Shown: one piece after another, positions 1-9,583 of the stretch
Numbering within the stretch: the stretch's first letter is position 1
How the letters are laid out: each line of letters starts with the position of its first letter
Origin: Bacteriovoracia bacterium
GTDB lineage: Bacteria; Bdellovibrionota; UBA1018; CAIPTA01
Direction: 5' to 3'
Length of the DNA: 64,000 bases
Assembly: GCA_050246755.1 (NCBI GenBank)
Contig: JBFWVL010000003.1
Coordinates: 32,001-96,000 of the forward strand
Position numbers and translations under genes: made by a program
Notes under the pieces: generated by a model
Told to the model about the DNA's origin: nothing
Seen by the model: only the letters and a program-made list of their open reading frames with translations
Database searches by the model: none

Positions 1-80
1 TCGACTAAGGGCTTCTTTAAAAGTGGATTCATAGTGGAATAAGTTACCACATTCCCCCAGGAACAGTCACCCGTGTGTGA

Positions 81-809
81 CTAGCGTTTTAGGGCCTTGT
101 TTTTGCTGTTTTTCGAGGCATGGGCATGGATGATCGCCGCGGCTTCTTCGGCGGAATCGACTAGGCTCAGCAAATCCAGATCTTGCACGTCAATTGTTTT
201 CGAGGCCACGAACATGGCGCGCATCCAATCCAGGAACCCGATCCAATACTCGCGTCCCACGAGAATCACGGGGAAGCGCACGCTTTTGCCGGTTTGGATC
301 AGCACGAGGGCTTCAGTGAGCTCGTCGAGGGTGCCGAAGCCGCCGGGAAAAATCACGTAGGCCGAGGAATACTTCATGAGCATCACCTTGCGCACGAAGA
401 AATAGTAGAAGTTCATCGTTTTGGTGAGGTAGCGATTCGGTTTCTGCTCGTGCGGCAAAACGATATTGCAGCCCACGCTGACGCCGTTGGCCTCGAAGGC
501 GCCGCGGTTGGCGGCCTCCATGATTCCGCCGCCTCCCCCGGTAAGCACGGCGAAATTGTCTTTGGTGAGCAAGGCGCCCAGTTTGTGCGCTTCTTGGTAG
601 GATTTGGTTTCTGCGGTGAGGCGAGCGGAACCGAAAACGGTTACCGCTGGGCCGAGAAAATGCAGGTGACGGAAGCCGCGGATGAATTCCACGTTAATGC
701 GAAGCACACGGAGGAATTCCATGAGCCGGGTGGAGCGTTCGCGCAGGAAGGTTTCCTCACGCAGGCTTTTGATGGGTGGCGATGGGGACTTGGGTTCTAC
801 GTTATCCAT
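81..809 (-). CDS. LOG family (TIGR00730) nucleotide phosphoribohydrolase
   Basis: VTVFGSAR, TGGGGGIMEAANRGA, FFVRK and PGGFGTLDEL motifs. Confidence 0.9.
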   Translation of the reverse strand: MDNVEPKSPSPPIKSLREETFLRERSTRLMEFLRVLRINVEFIRGFRHLHFLGPAVTVFGSARLTAETKSYQEAHKLGALLTKDNFAVLTGGGGGIMEAANRGAFEANGVSVGCNIVLPHEQKPNRYLTKTMNFYYFFVRKVMLMKYSSAYVIFPGGFGTLDELTEALVLIQTGKSVRFPVILVGREYWIGFLDWMRAMFVASKTIDVQDLDLLSLVDSAEEAAAIIHAHASKNSKNKALKR

Positions 810-898
810 AGGATAAACCTAGCTTAGCGTCTCCGTCGCCGGCTAAGCGCTGCGTCAAGTTCCTTGCAAATTAGCGGGATTAAGCCTATCTCCGGAGG

Positions 899-1525
899 AT
901 GCCAAAACCCCGCTGCGAACGATGTTTCCTCCACACGGAGCTTTGCCTCTGCGCGGACATTCCCTCGTTCGCACTCAGTACCCGGGTGGTTTTGCTCATG
1001 CACGCGCAGGAAGCTGAGAAGCCTACCAATACGGGGCGGCTCGCCCATCTCTGCCTTCCCAATAGTGAAATTCGCCTGCGTGGTTTACGGATGGGCCCGC
1101 CGCTTAGCCTGGAAGGCTTGGTGGACGATACCCACGAGAGCTGGATGCTTTATTTAAGCCCCGAAAGCGAAGCGCTCACCCCGGAATTAGTGGCTCGTAC
1201 TGCGAAACCCATCCGCTTATTAGTTCCCGACGGAACCTGGAGCCAGGCCAGCAGCCTGGGCGCCAAGCTTGTGAAAAAACTACCGGGCGTGAAGCATATC
1301 AAGCTTATTTCCGCGAAGCCCTCGATGTACCGGCTCCGCTCTGAGCATCACCCCGATGGCATGGCCACGTTCGAAGCTATCGCGCGCACGCTCGGCGTGA
1401 TCCACGGCGCAGCCGTGCAGGAAAAAATGGAGCATATTTTCCGCGTGATGACGGACCGTATGCTCTGGACCCGCGGGCAGTTGCCGGCGCGCGAAGTGGT
1501 GGGCGGGATTCCGGGGAAGAAGTAG
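899..1525 (+). CDS. DTW-domain tRNA-uridine aminocarboxypropyltransferase (TapT/YfiP-like)
   Basis: N-terminal CxxC...CxC, TNTGRLA, DGTW motif, TFEA; GGAGG upstream. Confidence 0.88.
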   Translation: MPKPRCERCFLHTELCLCADIPSFALSTRVVLLMHAQEAEKPTNTGRLAHLCLPNSEIRLRGLRMGPPLSLEGLVDDTHESWMLYLSPESEALTPELVARTAKPIRLLVPDGTWSQASSLGAKLVKKLPGVKHIKLISAKPSMYRLRSEHHPDGMATFEAIARTLGVIHGAAVQEKMEHIFRVMTDRMLWTRGQLPAREVVGGIPGKK

Positions 1526-1870
1526 TTACGCCTTCTTCACCCAAGAAGAACACCAGCCGTGGCCGGGAACGGTATTCTTGGTCATCAGCATGCATTTGCC
1601 GATGGCCGCTTTTCCGTCTCCGCTCGTCTTCGTGAAGAGCTGGCAATTGTGGCAATATTCGTCTTTTTTCTCGGCCTTCTTGCGATCCGGGCAAGATTTC
1701 GACGGCTTATCGGCATCGAGACAAAACTTCAGCGATTTGGGCATGGGATCGGTTTCTTTGGCCATGGGCAGATCGGCGGCGAAGGCCACCGAAGGGATTT
1801 TTCCGAGCAGGGGAACGCTGGCGATTCCGAGACCAAGGTATTTGAGAAAAGAACGACGATTGAAATGCAT
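1526..1870 (-). CDS. High-potential iron-sulfur protein (HiPIP), Tat-exported
   Basis: RRSFLK Tat signal; CHNC...C...GWC 4Fe-4S ligand pattern. Confidence 0.88.
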   Translation of the reverse strand: MHFNRRSFLKYLGLGIASVPLLGKIPSVAFAADLPMAKETDPMPKSLKFCLDADKPSKSCPDRKKAEKKDEYCHNCQLFTKTSGDGKAAIGKCMLMTKNTVPGHGWCSSWVKKA

Positions 1871-1929
1871 AGCAATGCCTCCAAGAAGGGGATGTGTGTT
1901 GAGGCTATGATACGCCGAAAGAAAAAAAA

Positions 1930-3174
1930 CTAAAGGACTGGATCCATTTGCGGTAATGACGCATGGAAGAAGAGAACGTCCACGTCGGCACGGATGGAAC
2001 GTTCATCCCAGCTATCGAGAAACAGACGATCGGGATGCGGTACTCGGGAAAGAGCTACGTAGGCCTGGCCCGCTTCCCAGAGGCCCGCCAAACGCATGCG
2101 CACCGTATCGAGAGTGGCGCCCTGCGCTTTGTGAATGGTGGAACCATAGGCGAGGTTGAGCGGAAAGTTTTTCGCGGTAGCGGTTACTTCCCCTTCGGCG
2201 CTGAGCAGTTCAAACTTCATGGGCTCGAGGTCTACGGTATTTCCGCCGTCAATGAGCTCCACCGTCACGCGGTCTTTGCGGTAGGAGCGTACTTTAGCGA
2301 GGCTCCCGTTCACGTACAGCCCGTTAGTTTCATTTTTGCGGATCATCACGAGCGCGTCGGTTTTCAGCACGAGCACATCGGGCACGGGGCTATAGCGCTT
2401 GAGCTGCGCAATTGAGCCGGGATCTCCGCGGTAGTCGGTGGTATAGGCAATCGGCTCATCGGGAAGGGCGGCGAGGCGTTCCTGGTTATAGCGCTCGGCT
2501 TCGTCGCGGCGGCCGAAGAGGCGGGTGAGCTCATCGGGGCTTTCGCGGTTCATGCGGCCGTTGAGGATTTTCTTTACGGCTTCGGAGCAAATCCCGTCCC
2601 GTACGTCATTGAGGGCCTGGGTCCACTCGGGAGATTTGGAGCGGTGGACGATATCGAGGGCCACGGAAGTAAAATTCGTGCGCGCCCATACTTCATGTTG
2701 GAAGGCCCAGTCGGTGGTATTGCGGTCGCGGGAAATAGGTGGGAGCTGGGCAAAATCGCCGACGGCGATGAAGCGGAGCCCGCCCCAGGGCTCGGCGCTT
2801 TTCCGGGCGGATCTGGCGATTTCTTCCGCGCAGGCGAGGGTATCTCCGCTCAGCATCGAAATTTCGTCTACGATTACGGTGGAGGTACGCTTCAAGCGTC
2901 GCTTTAAGTGTGGGTTCTTTAGCGCGCGCTCTACGGTCTTCGCGATGCCGCCTTCCATGATGCCAAGGCCGAAAAAAGAGTGGAAGGTTCTTCCTCCCAC
3001 GAGCACGGCGGCGGCACCGGTGGAGGCGAGCACCACGATCTCTTCGGGATCGGCGGAGGCGATGAAGGCTCTCAGGACGGTGGATTTTCCGGTTCCCGCG
3101 CGGCCCGTGAGGTAAACGTTCCCTTTGCCCCTGAGCGCTTCGAGGGCTTTTTCTTGGTCGCGGGAGAGTTGCAT
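1930..3174 (-). CDS. Pif1/RecD-like SF1B DNA helicase
   Basis: GRAGTGKS Walker A, TFHSFFG, DEISM, GDFAQLPP, TIHKAQG, QAYVALSR. Confidence 0.9.
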   Translation of the reverse strand: MQLSRDQEKALEALRGKGNVYLTGRAGTGKSTVLRAFIASADPEEIVVLASTGAAAVLVGGRTFHSFFGLGIMEGGIAKTVERALKNPHLKRRLKRTSTVIVDEISMLSGDTLACAEEIARSARKSAEPWGGLRFIAVGDFAQLPPISRDRNTTDWAFQHEVWARTNFTSVALDIVHRSKSPEWTQALNDVRDGICSEAVKKILNGRMNRESPDELTRLFGRRDEAERYNQERLAALPDEPIAYTTDYRGDPGSIAQLKRYSPVPDVLVLKTDALVMIRKNETNGLYVNGSLAKVRSYRKDRVTVELIDGGNTVDLEPMKFELLSAEGEVTATAKNFPLNLAYGSTIHKAQGATLDTVRMRLAGLWEAGQAYVALSRVPHPDRLFLDSWDERSIRADVDVLFFHASLPQMDPVL

Positions 3175-3320
3175 GGGGGGAGCTTAGCCTAGATCGCGAG
3201 TCAGTTCCCGGTAAGAAATTGACGCGGTGGTTATTCGGAGCGGGCTTTTTGCGCGCCGCTTCTCTGCTGAGTGGTTGCCCTTGAGTTTTTCGCCCTGCGG
3301 CGATAGTCTCGGCGCCATCC

Positions 3321-5327
3321 ATGAGTCGCCTGAACTTTAAGCTAGAAAATACCGCGAAAGATTCCCGCGCCCGTGCCGGAAGATTCAAAACCCTGCATAA
3401 CGAAGTGCTGACTCCGCTCTTCATGCCGGTAGGCACCCATGCCACGGTGCGGGGCCAGCGTTTCGATTGCCTGCTCGAATCGGGCTCCCAGATTTTGCTC
3501 GCGAATACCTACCACCTGCTACTGCGTCCGGGCCCCAAGATCTTCGAAAAGCTCGGCGGCATCCACGGTTTCATGAAATGGCCTAAATCCGTGCTCACCG
3601 ATTCGGGTGGCTTCCAGATTTTTGCCATGCCCAACGACCGGCAGATGAGCGAAGAGGGCGCGCGCTTCCTTTCCTACGTAGACGGTAAACACATTTTACT
3701 TACTCCCGAACTCAGCATCTCGATGCAGCGCTCGATCGGCTCGGATATCATGATGGTGCTCGATCAGTGCGTCCCTTCCACTGTACCGCACAAAGATGCC
3801 GAGCACGCGATGGAGCTCTCCAACCGCTGGGCCCTGCGCAGCCTTGCGGCCCGCGAAGATTCCCCGCAGTCGATGTTCGCGATCGTGCAGGGCGCTTGCT
3901 ACGAAGACCTCCGCGTGCGCAGCGCGGGCTTTCTCTCGCAGCACCCCTTCGACGGTTTCGCGCTCGGCGGCCTGGCGGTGGGCGAATCCAAGAACGAACG
4001 GGAAGATACGGTGGAATTCGCGGCCGAGTTATTGCCGCGCCACACTCCGCGCTATTTGATGGGCGTGGGCACCCCGATCGATTTGCTCGAGGCCGTGCAC
4101 CGCGGGATCGATATGTTCGATTGCATCATTCCCACGGCCCACGCCGAGCAGGGCTGCGCCTATACCTGGCGCGGGAAAGTTTTGCTGCGCCGGGGAGTAT
4201 ATAAAGAAATCGACGCGCCGATCGATTCCACCTGCGCTTGCGCCACTTGCCGCACTTATTCGCGTGCCTACCTTCACCACCTCACCAAGACGGAAGAGCC
4301 ACTCGGGCGCCAGCTCATTGCTGCGCACAATATCCATTTCTACCATGATCTGATGCGCACGATGCGGGAACGCATTCTCGACAATACCTTCGTGGGATTC
4401 TATAAAAATGCCCGTGAGTTGCTGGCCGGATCCGACGAAGAATTTCCGATCAAGCGCGCGAAGCCCAAGAAAATAAAGTCCACCACGCTCGGCGAATATA
4501 CCCTGGAAAATTCGCCGCAAGGCTTCACCAGCATCAAGCACGTGAATTCCGGCGAAGTGATGCATTCCGTGATCCCGCCCGAGCAAGAGGCGCGTGAACT
4601 CTACGTGAATCAAAGCCGCCTCGCGAAGCGCCTGCAGGAGCCCGGCGAAATCGTGATCTGGGATATCGGTATGGGGGCCGCGGCTAACGCGATGGCCGCC
4701 ATCACCACCTTTGAGGAATTAGCCGAGGCGGGAAAAGTGCAAGCCTCACTCAAGATCATCAGCTTCGAACGCGATTTGGATTCGCTTCGTCTGGCGAATC
4801 TGCACCTGGATAAATTTCAGTACCTCCGGCACGGGGCGCCGAACGGCATCCTTCTGCAGGGAGAGTGGCGCGCGAAAAAGCATCCGGTCAGCTGGAAACT
4901 GCTCGAAGGCGATTTTTTCGCTCACTTCGGCCGCGCGGCGGCGCCGAATATTCTTTTCTTCGATCCATTTTCTTCCAAGACGAACCGAGATTTCTGGTGT
5001 GTGGAAACACTGGAAAAAATCTTCGCCCATATCGGAGATCAGGCGGCGGAGGTGTTCACCTACTCTTCGTCCACCTCGGTGCGCGCCGCTTTTCTCGCGG
5101 CCGGTTTCCACGTGGCCAAGGGAATACCTACCGGGCCTAAGGGCGAGACCACGATCGCCCTGAACCGCGCCGCATTGCCGGGAAGAAAAGACCAGCTGCT
5201 GGGCCGCGAATGGCTCGAGCGCTGGGAACGCAGCGATGCGCGCTGGCCGCTTTCGCTCGACGAAAAGAAGGAAGACAAAATGCTCGAGCGCGTGCGTTCT
5301 CATCCTCAATTTGCGGGCACGAAATGA
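3321..5327 (+). CDS. tgt: tRNA-guanine(34) transglycosylase fused to a C-terminal MnmC/MnmD-type SAM methyltransferase
   Basis: TPLFMPVGT, DSGGFQ, GGLAVGE, DMFDC, CxCxxC..H Zn site; C-terminal DIGMG, SFERD, FDPFS, TYSS...AGF motifs. Confidence 0.88.
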   Translation: MSRLNFKLENTAKDSRARAGRFKTLHNEVLTPLFMPVGTHATVRGQRFDCLLESGSQILLANTYHLLLRPGPKIFEKLGGIHGFMKWPKSVLTDSGGFQIFAMPNDRQMSEEGARFLSYVDGKHILLTPELSISMQRSIGSDIMMVLDQCVPSTVPHKDAEHAMELSNRWALRSLAAREDSPQSMFAIVQGACYEDLRVRSAGFLSQHPFDGFALGGLAVGESKNEREDTVEFAAELLPRHTPRYLMGVGTPIDLLEAVHRGIDMFDCIIPTAHAEQGCAYTWRGKVLLRRGVYKEIDAPIDSTCACATCRTYSRAYLHHLTKTEEPLGRQLIAAHNIHFYHDLMRTMRERILDNTFVGFYKNARELLAGSDEEFPIKRAKPKKIKSTTLGEYTLENSPQGFTSIKHVNSGEVMHSVIPPEQEARELYVNQSRLAKRLQEPGEIVIWDIGMGAAANAMAAITTFEELAEAGKVQASLKIISFERDLDSLRLANLHLDKFQYLRHGAPNGILLQGEWRAKKHPVSWKLLEGDFFAHFGRAAAPNILFFDPFSSKTNRDFWCVETLEKIFAHIGDQAAEVFTYSSSTSVRAAFLAAGFHVAKGIPTGPKGETTIALNRAALPGRKDQLLGREWLERWERSDARWPLSLDEKKEDKMLERVRSHPQFAGTK

Positions 5328-6103
5328 TTTTTCTTCTGTTTTTCTCTTTGCAGGCTTTGGCCGGTCCGCTCACCGAAAAATGGTCGGCCACCGTTTCCGG
5401 ATCTCCCGTGGCGGCATTTTTCGATGCGGGGAGCGCGAGCGTGTTCGTGAGCGTGGCGGAAGGCCGGGATTCCCGAGTAGATAAATTCGATCTCAGCGGA
5501 AAATTGGTGAAACAGGAGATAGTTTCCGCGAAGGGGGCGGCCGGCCCCTTGCGGGCGCATTTCGGCAAGCTCTATTGGGTGGCAGGAGATACCCTCTGGC
5601 GTTTTGATCCGGAGGCGGGAAAAAAGGAAAAACTGGGCCAGTTCCCGGAGAGTCTCGGCAAGCCGGCCGATATCGCCGTAGCGAGGAACGGGAGCGTTTA
5701 CCTTGGCCTCAGCGGAGGAACCCTCTACGAGATCCACGCCGGAAACGGCAGCATAGTCTCCCAAGGCTCGCCGATCAGCGGCCTTTTCTTGCTGGATACC
5801 GCGCTCTATATTCTGCGTGAACGGAAGCTCGAGACCTACTCATTGGACGGCAAAAAGGTGGGATTTCAGCGGCCATTCTGCCAGGCCAAATGCAGCGGGC
5901 TGGAGAAAAGCTCGGGTGGTTCCTGGATCACTTCCGAGGGAATGTCGCTACGCGAGTTCTCCACGAATAGGAACCGTGTATTGCTTCAGATCAAAGAGGT
6001 TCCTGGGCGTTTTGCGTATGTCTACGACCGCGAACCGAGTCAAGATTTCTTAATAGTGCCGTTCCCTGCCGGAAAAATTCTTCGCGCGTACCGCTTTCGA
6101 TAA
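5324..6103 (+). CDS. Secreted beta-propeller-like hypothetical protein
   Basis: ATGA overlap with tgt stop; signal peptide; PADIAV..NGSVY blade-like repeats. Confidence 0.6.
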   Translation: MIFLLFFSLQALAGPLTEKWSATVSGSPVAAFFDAGSASVFVSVAEGRDSRVDKFDLSGKLVKQEIVSAKGAAGPLRAHFGKLYWVAGDTLWRFDPEAGKKEKLGQFPESLGKPADIAVARNGSVYLGLSGGTLYEIHAGNGSIVSQGSPISGLFLLDTALYILRERKLETYSLDGKKVGFQRPFCQAKCSGLEKSSGGSWITSEGMSLREFSTNRNRVLLQIKEVPGRFAYVYDREPSQDFLIVPFPAGKILRAYRFR

Positions 6104-6180
6104 AAAATTCTTACCCCACTCAATTCCCCCCTTTGTTTTCTTCTCGTTTTTGCCGAAATAACAGTATTCGGAGGTTCTCT

Positions 6181-6990
6181 ATGTTTCGCTTCCTCGCTTT
6201 ACTCGCCCTTATTCCTGCCGCTTACGCCAACGACCACGCGATCCAGTCCATGAGCGGCTGGGATGCTTTCTCGGCCCTGCAAAATGGAAATATGCGTTTC
6301 TACGAAGGTAAAGCTCTGCACCAACACCAAGACGCGGTCCGAAGAGACGAGTTGTTCACTGGCCAGAAGCCGCATACGATCGTGCTTTCCTGCAGCGATT
6401 CCCGAGTGGGACCCGAAGTGATTTTTGACCAGGGCCTCGGCGATCTCTTCGTGATTCGCGTGGCCGGAAACGTGGTGGGTGCGGAAGCCATCGCCAGCGT
6501 GGAATATGCCATCGAGCATCTAGGGGCTCGCCTCCTGCTCGTGATGGGCCACGAAAGCTGCGGAGCCGTGAAGGCGGCTATCAGCTCTAAGCCCGGAGTA
6601 TCGAATGGATCCGAGAGCCTCGATGTGCTCGTGGAGCATATTCGTGGCCACCTCACTTCTCTCTCGCTTACTTCCGCCGCTACGGATTCTAGTTTGCGCC
6701 AGCCAGTGAAAGAAAACGTTTCGGCCACGCTGAAAGAAATACTCCGCAAATCAGACATCGTAACGGAGGCCGTGCGAAAAAAAGGCCTCGTGCTGGCCCA
6801 AGGCGTTTATAGCCTCAAGACCGGCCGCGTAGAATTTTGGGATGTGGGCGTGAAGAACCAGATCGTGAGCGCAGTTGGATCCGCTATCGACGCGCCCAAA
6901 ATTCAGGAACAAAGCGTCCACGAAGAAATCATTCCCGACCAAGTGCCGCCTCCGGCGAAAAAGTTGAAGCTAAAAGCGACAGCGCCCTGA
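6181..6990 (+). CDS. Beta-class carbonic anhydrase, exported
   Basis: CSDSRV, RVAGN, GHESCGAV; signal peptide; GGAGG RBS. Confidence 0.92.
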   Translation: MFRFLALLALIPAAYANDHAIQSMSGWDAFSALQNGNMRFYEGKALHQHQDAVRRDELFTGQKPHTIVLSCSDSRVGPEVIFDQGLGDLFVIRVAGNVVGAEAIASVEYAIEHLGARLLLVMGHESCGAVKAAISSKPGVSNGSESLDVLVEHIRGHLTSLSLTSAATDSSLRQPVKENVSATLKEILRKSDIVTEAVRKKGLVLAQGVYSLKTGRVEFWDVGVKNQIVSAVGSAIDAPKIQEQSVHEEIIPDQVPPPAKKLKLKATAP

Positions 6991-7011
6991 ATTTACGGTA
7001 GTCTCGGGCTT

Positions 7012-7374
7012 ATGCCGGGACTCTTTCATCGCGCCGAACACCTGCTCAAGCATCCCGAAGAGCTGCTCTCCATGCTCGGCGCTGCGGGCAAAAAGGCTTA
7101 CGCCAAACGCTCGGTGCTCGTGCATATCTTCGAAGAGCTGCTGCTGCTCTTTCGCTTCGTGAAATCCTGGGTTAGCGGCGAATACCGCGATGTGCCCACG
7201 CGCTCGGTGTTCTGGGCGGTACTGGCCATTCTCTATTTTCTGAGCCCGCTCGATCTGGTGCCCGATTTATTTCCCGGCGGTTACTTCGACGATATCGCCC
7301 TGATCACGTTCGTGCTGAAGAAGATCCGGGCCGACCTGGATACCTTTCGCTTATGGGAAAAGGATAAAAAATGA
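7012..7374 (+). CDS. YkvA/DUF1232 family membrane protein
   Basis: YFLSPLDLVPD...GYFDD motif. Confidence 0.85.
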   Translation: MPGLFHRAEHLLKHPEELLSMLGAAGKKAYAKRSVLVHIFEELLLLFRFVKSWVSGEYRDVPTRSVFWAVLAILYFLSPLDLVPDLFPGGYFDDIALITFVLKKIRADLDTFRLWEKDKK

Positions 7375-7796
7375 GCAAGCAATGGTGGAGCGAGGGCATA
7401 CGTTTTGAGTGCCAGGGTTCAGGGAAATGCTGCGTCTCGCGGGGAGACTACGGGTACGTGTACGTGACCCTAAAAGACCGCCGCGCGCTCGCCAAGCATT
7501 TTGGTCTCTCCACCGCCGCGTTCACCAAAAAATATTGCGAAAAAGACGAAGGTATCTGGAAGCTGCGGGATTTCACGAAAGCCTGCGTTTTTCTCAAGGA
7601 GAAAATGTGCTCGGTATATGAGGCACGGCCCACGCAGTGCCGAACCTGGCCGTTCTGGCCGGAGAATATGAGCGCGAAGGCCTGGGACAAAGAAGTAACC
7701 TCCTTTTGCCCGGGAGTGAATAAGGGCAAGGTATGGTCGGCGGCGGAAATTAAAAAGAACCTAAACGCGCAAGAGCGCAGCGAAGAGCAATACTAA
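7371..7796 (+). CDS. YkgJ family cysteine-cluster protein
   Basis: FECxxxGxCC, CVFL, CSVYEARPTQCRTWPF, CPG. Confidence 0.85.
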   Translation: MSKQWWSEGIRFECQGSGKCCVSRGDYGYVYVTLKDRRALAKHFGLSTAAFTKKYCEKDEGIWKLRDFTKACVFLKEKMCSVYEARPTQCRTWPFWPENMSAKAWDKEVTSFCPGVNKGKVWSAAEIKKNLNAQERSEEQY

Positions 7797-8245
7797 TGGA
7801 ACCAATCAGTTTAAAGCCCGCCACTCCGGCCGATGAAGCAGCCGTGCTGGAAATGGCCACCGCATTTCACCTCGAGGATGGCCATCCCCTGAAGCCTTCT
7901 TCGCCCGATGCTATCCGCAGTTTACTGCGCGGAAGCGAGCTGGGCTCGATCTTCGTCATCCAGCGTCTCGGTGAGAGCATCGGCTACTGCGCGCTTTGTT
8001 TCACGATGAGCCTGGAGTTCGGCGGGCTCGTGGTGATTCTCGATGATTTCTTCGTGCAGCGATTGCACCGTGGGCAGGGGGCGGGGCGGGCGGCGCTCAA
8101 GCAGATCGAGCAAATCGCAAAAGATAAAAAAGCCGTGCAGCTTTTTCTCGAAGTGGAAAATACCAACGGCCGCGCACTGAATTTCTACGAGGGATTTGGA
8201 TTCAAACAGCGGCATCGCCGGATGATGGATAAGCGCTTTAGTTAA
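7796..8245 (+). CDS. GNAT N-acetyltransferase
   Basis: HRGQGAG acetyl-CoA motif; NxxALxFYxxxGF. Confidence 0.85.
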   Translation: MEPISLKPATPADEAAVLEMATAFHLEDGHPLKPSSPDAIRSLLRGSELGSIFVIQRLGESIGYCALCFTMSLEFGGLVVILDDFFVQRLHRGQGAGRAALKQIEQIAKDKKAVQLFLEVENTNGRALNFYEGFGFKQRHRRMMDKRFS

Positions 8246-8600
8246 TTTCGCAGGTCATCACCGCATCCACCGGTAGAGCTCCGTCGAAAGAGAACTGCAC
8301 TTTCAGGGCGCCCTGATAATTTTTGTCGGGGGCCCAATAATCTGCGCCAGCTTTGATGCTCATGCCGCCGCTTTTGCCCGCGTACCGGATGGATTTTCCG
8401 GGAAGGATTTCTTCCTCTACGGTTTTCATTTTAGCCACTAAATCCAGGCCATCGCTCGTGACGTAGGCGAATTCCAAGTTGCCCACGATCTGGTTCTTCT
8501 CCACCTTACCGAGAAGCTGGTAGTAGCTGGAATCGTCGAAGGGGGCCAGGCACTTGAGTTCCGCGGCTTGTGCCATCACGGCGAATAGTAAAAACAGCAT
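8238..8600 (-). CDS. Small secreted hypothetical protein
   Basis: Signal peptide, two terminal Cys, coupled to srkA stop. Confidence 0.55.
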   Translation of the reverse strand: MLFLLFAVMAQAAELKCLAPFDDSSYYQLLGKVEKNQIVGNLEFAYVTSDGLDLVAKMKTVEEEILPGKSIRYAGKSGGMSIKAGADYWAPDKNYQGALKVQFSFDGALPVDAVMTCEIN

Positions 8601-9583
8601 CAGTATTCACTCCCGATTGCCTGCATCTCCTGCAGGGCCTGAATTTCTTCCTCCCAGTATCGCGGAGTTGCGAAGAGGGGGAAAGCTTTTTTGAAGGCGG
8701 GATCGTCCCAGCGGCGCGCGATCCAGGCCGAATAGTGGATCATGCGCAGGGCGCGGAGGGGCTCGATCAGGGAAAGGGTGGAGCGATCGAAAGGCCTAAA
8801 GGCTTCGTAGCCTTCGAGCAGGAAATCGCGGTCACGCTCGGCATCCTCGCCGCGCCCGCGCACCACCATCCAGATATCCTGCACGGCGGGCGCGGTCATG
8901 GCGTCGTCAAAATCGAGGAAGAAAGGGGAATCGAGCTGCCAGAGCGTATTGCCGAGGTGGCAGTCTCCGTGGAGAGCCAGCGCGGGCACTTCTTCTAGGG
9001 CGTCTTGGGCCTGGCCGATCAAATTCTCGCAGACCATCTCGAATCGTTTGCGGTATTCCTCGTTCACCAATCCCGAATCCAATAAATAATCCAACGGCTG
9101 CCAGCCCCAATTTTCGGCGTTCATGTGGAGGCGATGCCGGAACTCAAAACGTTCGCCCACGTTGTGGATGCGCCCGATATAGCGGCCGAGGGTTTTCAGG
9201 CGCTCGGGATCCAGTTCATCGAGGAGGCGGCCTTTTACCTTAGGAAAAATAGTGAACCACATTCCCTCTTCTGAGAGAAATAGACTCTCGTCGTCGAGAT
9301 TCCAGGGGGCCACCACCGGAATTTCGGCTTCTTCCAGCGCAAAAAGAAAGGCATGTTCTTCCCGTATCTGCTCGGGGGTCCAGCGGCCGGGGCGATAGAA
9401 TTTCGTCACGATATGGGAATTATCCTCGAGCTCAACGTCGTATACGCGGTTCTCCAAGCTGTTCAGGGCGAGGGCGCGGCCCGTAGCGCGCAGCCCGGGG
9501 TGTCGCCGTTGCACCACGGCTTCCACCGCATCGAGGATGGCTTCCGGGGTGAGGCGGAAAAAATCATTGAGGCTATTTTTCAT
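8600..9583 (-). CDS. srkA: Stress response Ser/Thr kinase SrkA/RdoA (YihE)
   Basis: LNSLENRVY, KFYRPGRW, HGDCHLGN, DFDD, AVQDIWM. Confidence 0.92.
   Translation of the reverse strand: MKNSLNDFFRLTPEAILDAVEAVVQRRHPGLRATGRALALNSLENRVYDVELEDNSHIVTKFYRPGRWTPEQIREEHAFLFALEEAEIPVVAPWNLDDESLFLSEEGMWFTIFPKVKGRLLDELDPERLKTLGRYIGRIHNVGERFEFRHRLHMNAENWGWQPLDYLLDSGLVNEEYRKRFEMVCENLIGQAQDALEEVPALALHGDCHLGNTLWQLDSPFFLDFDDAMTAPAVQDIWMVVRGRGEDAERDRDFLLEGYEAFRPFDRSTLSLIEPLRALRMIHYSAWIARRWDDPAFKKAFPLFATPRYWEEEIQALQEMQAIGSEY

Noticed and set aside
6133-6159. Sigma28 promoter before carbonic anhydrase
   Set aside because: GCCGAAAT is present but there is no convincing TAAA/TAAG at the correct spacing.
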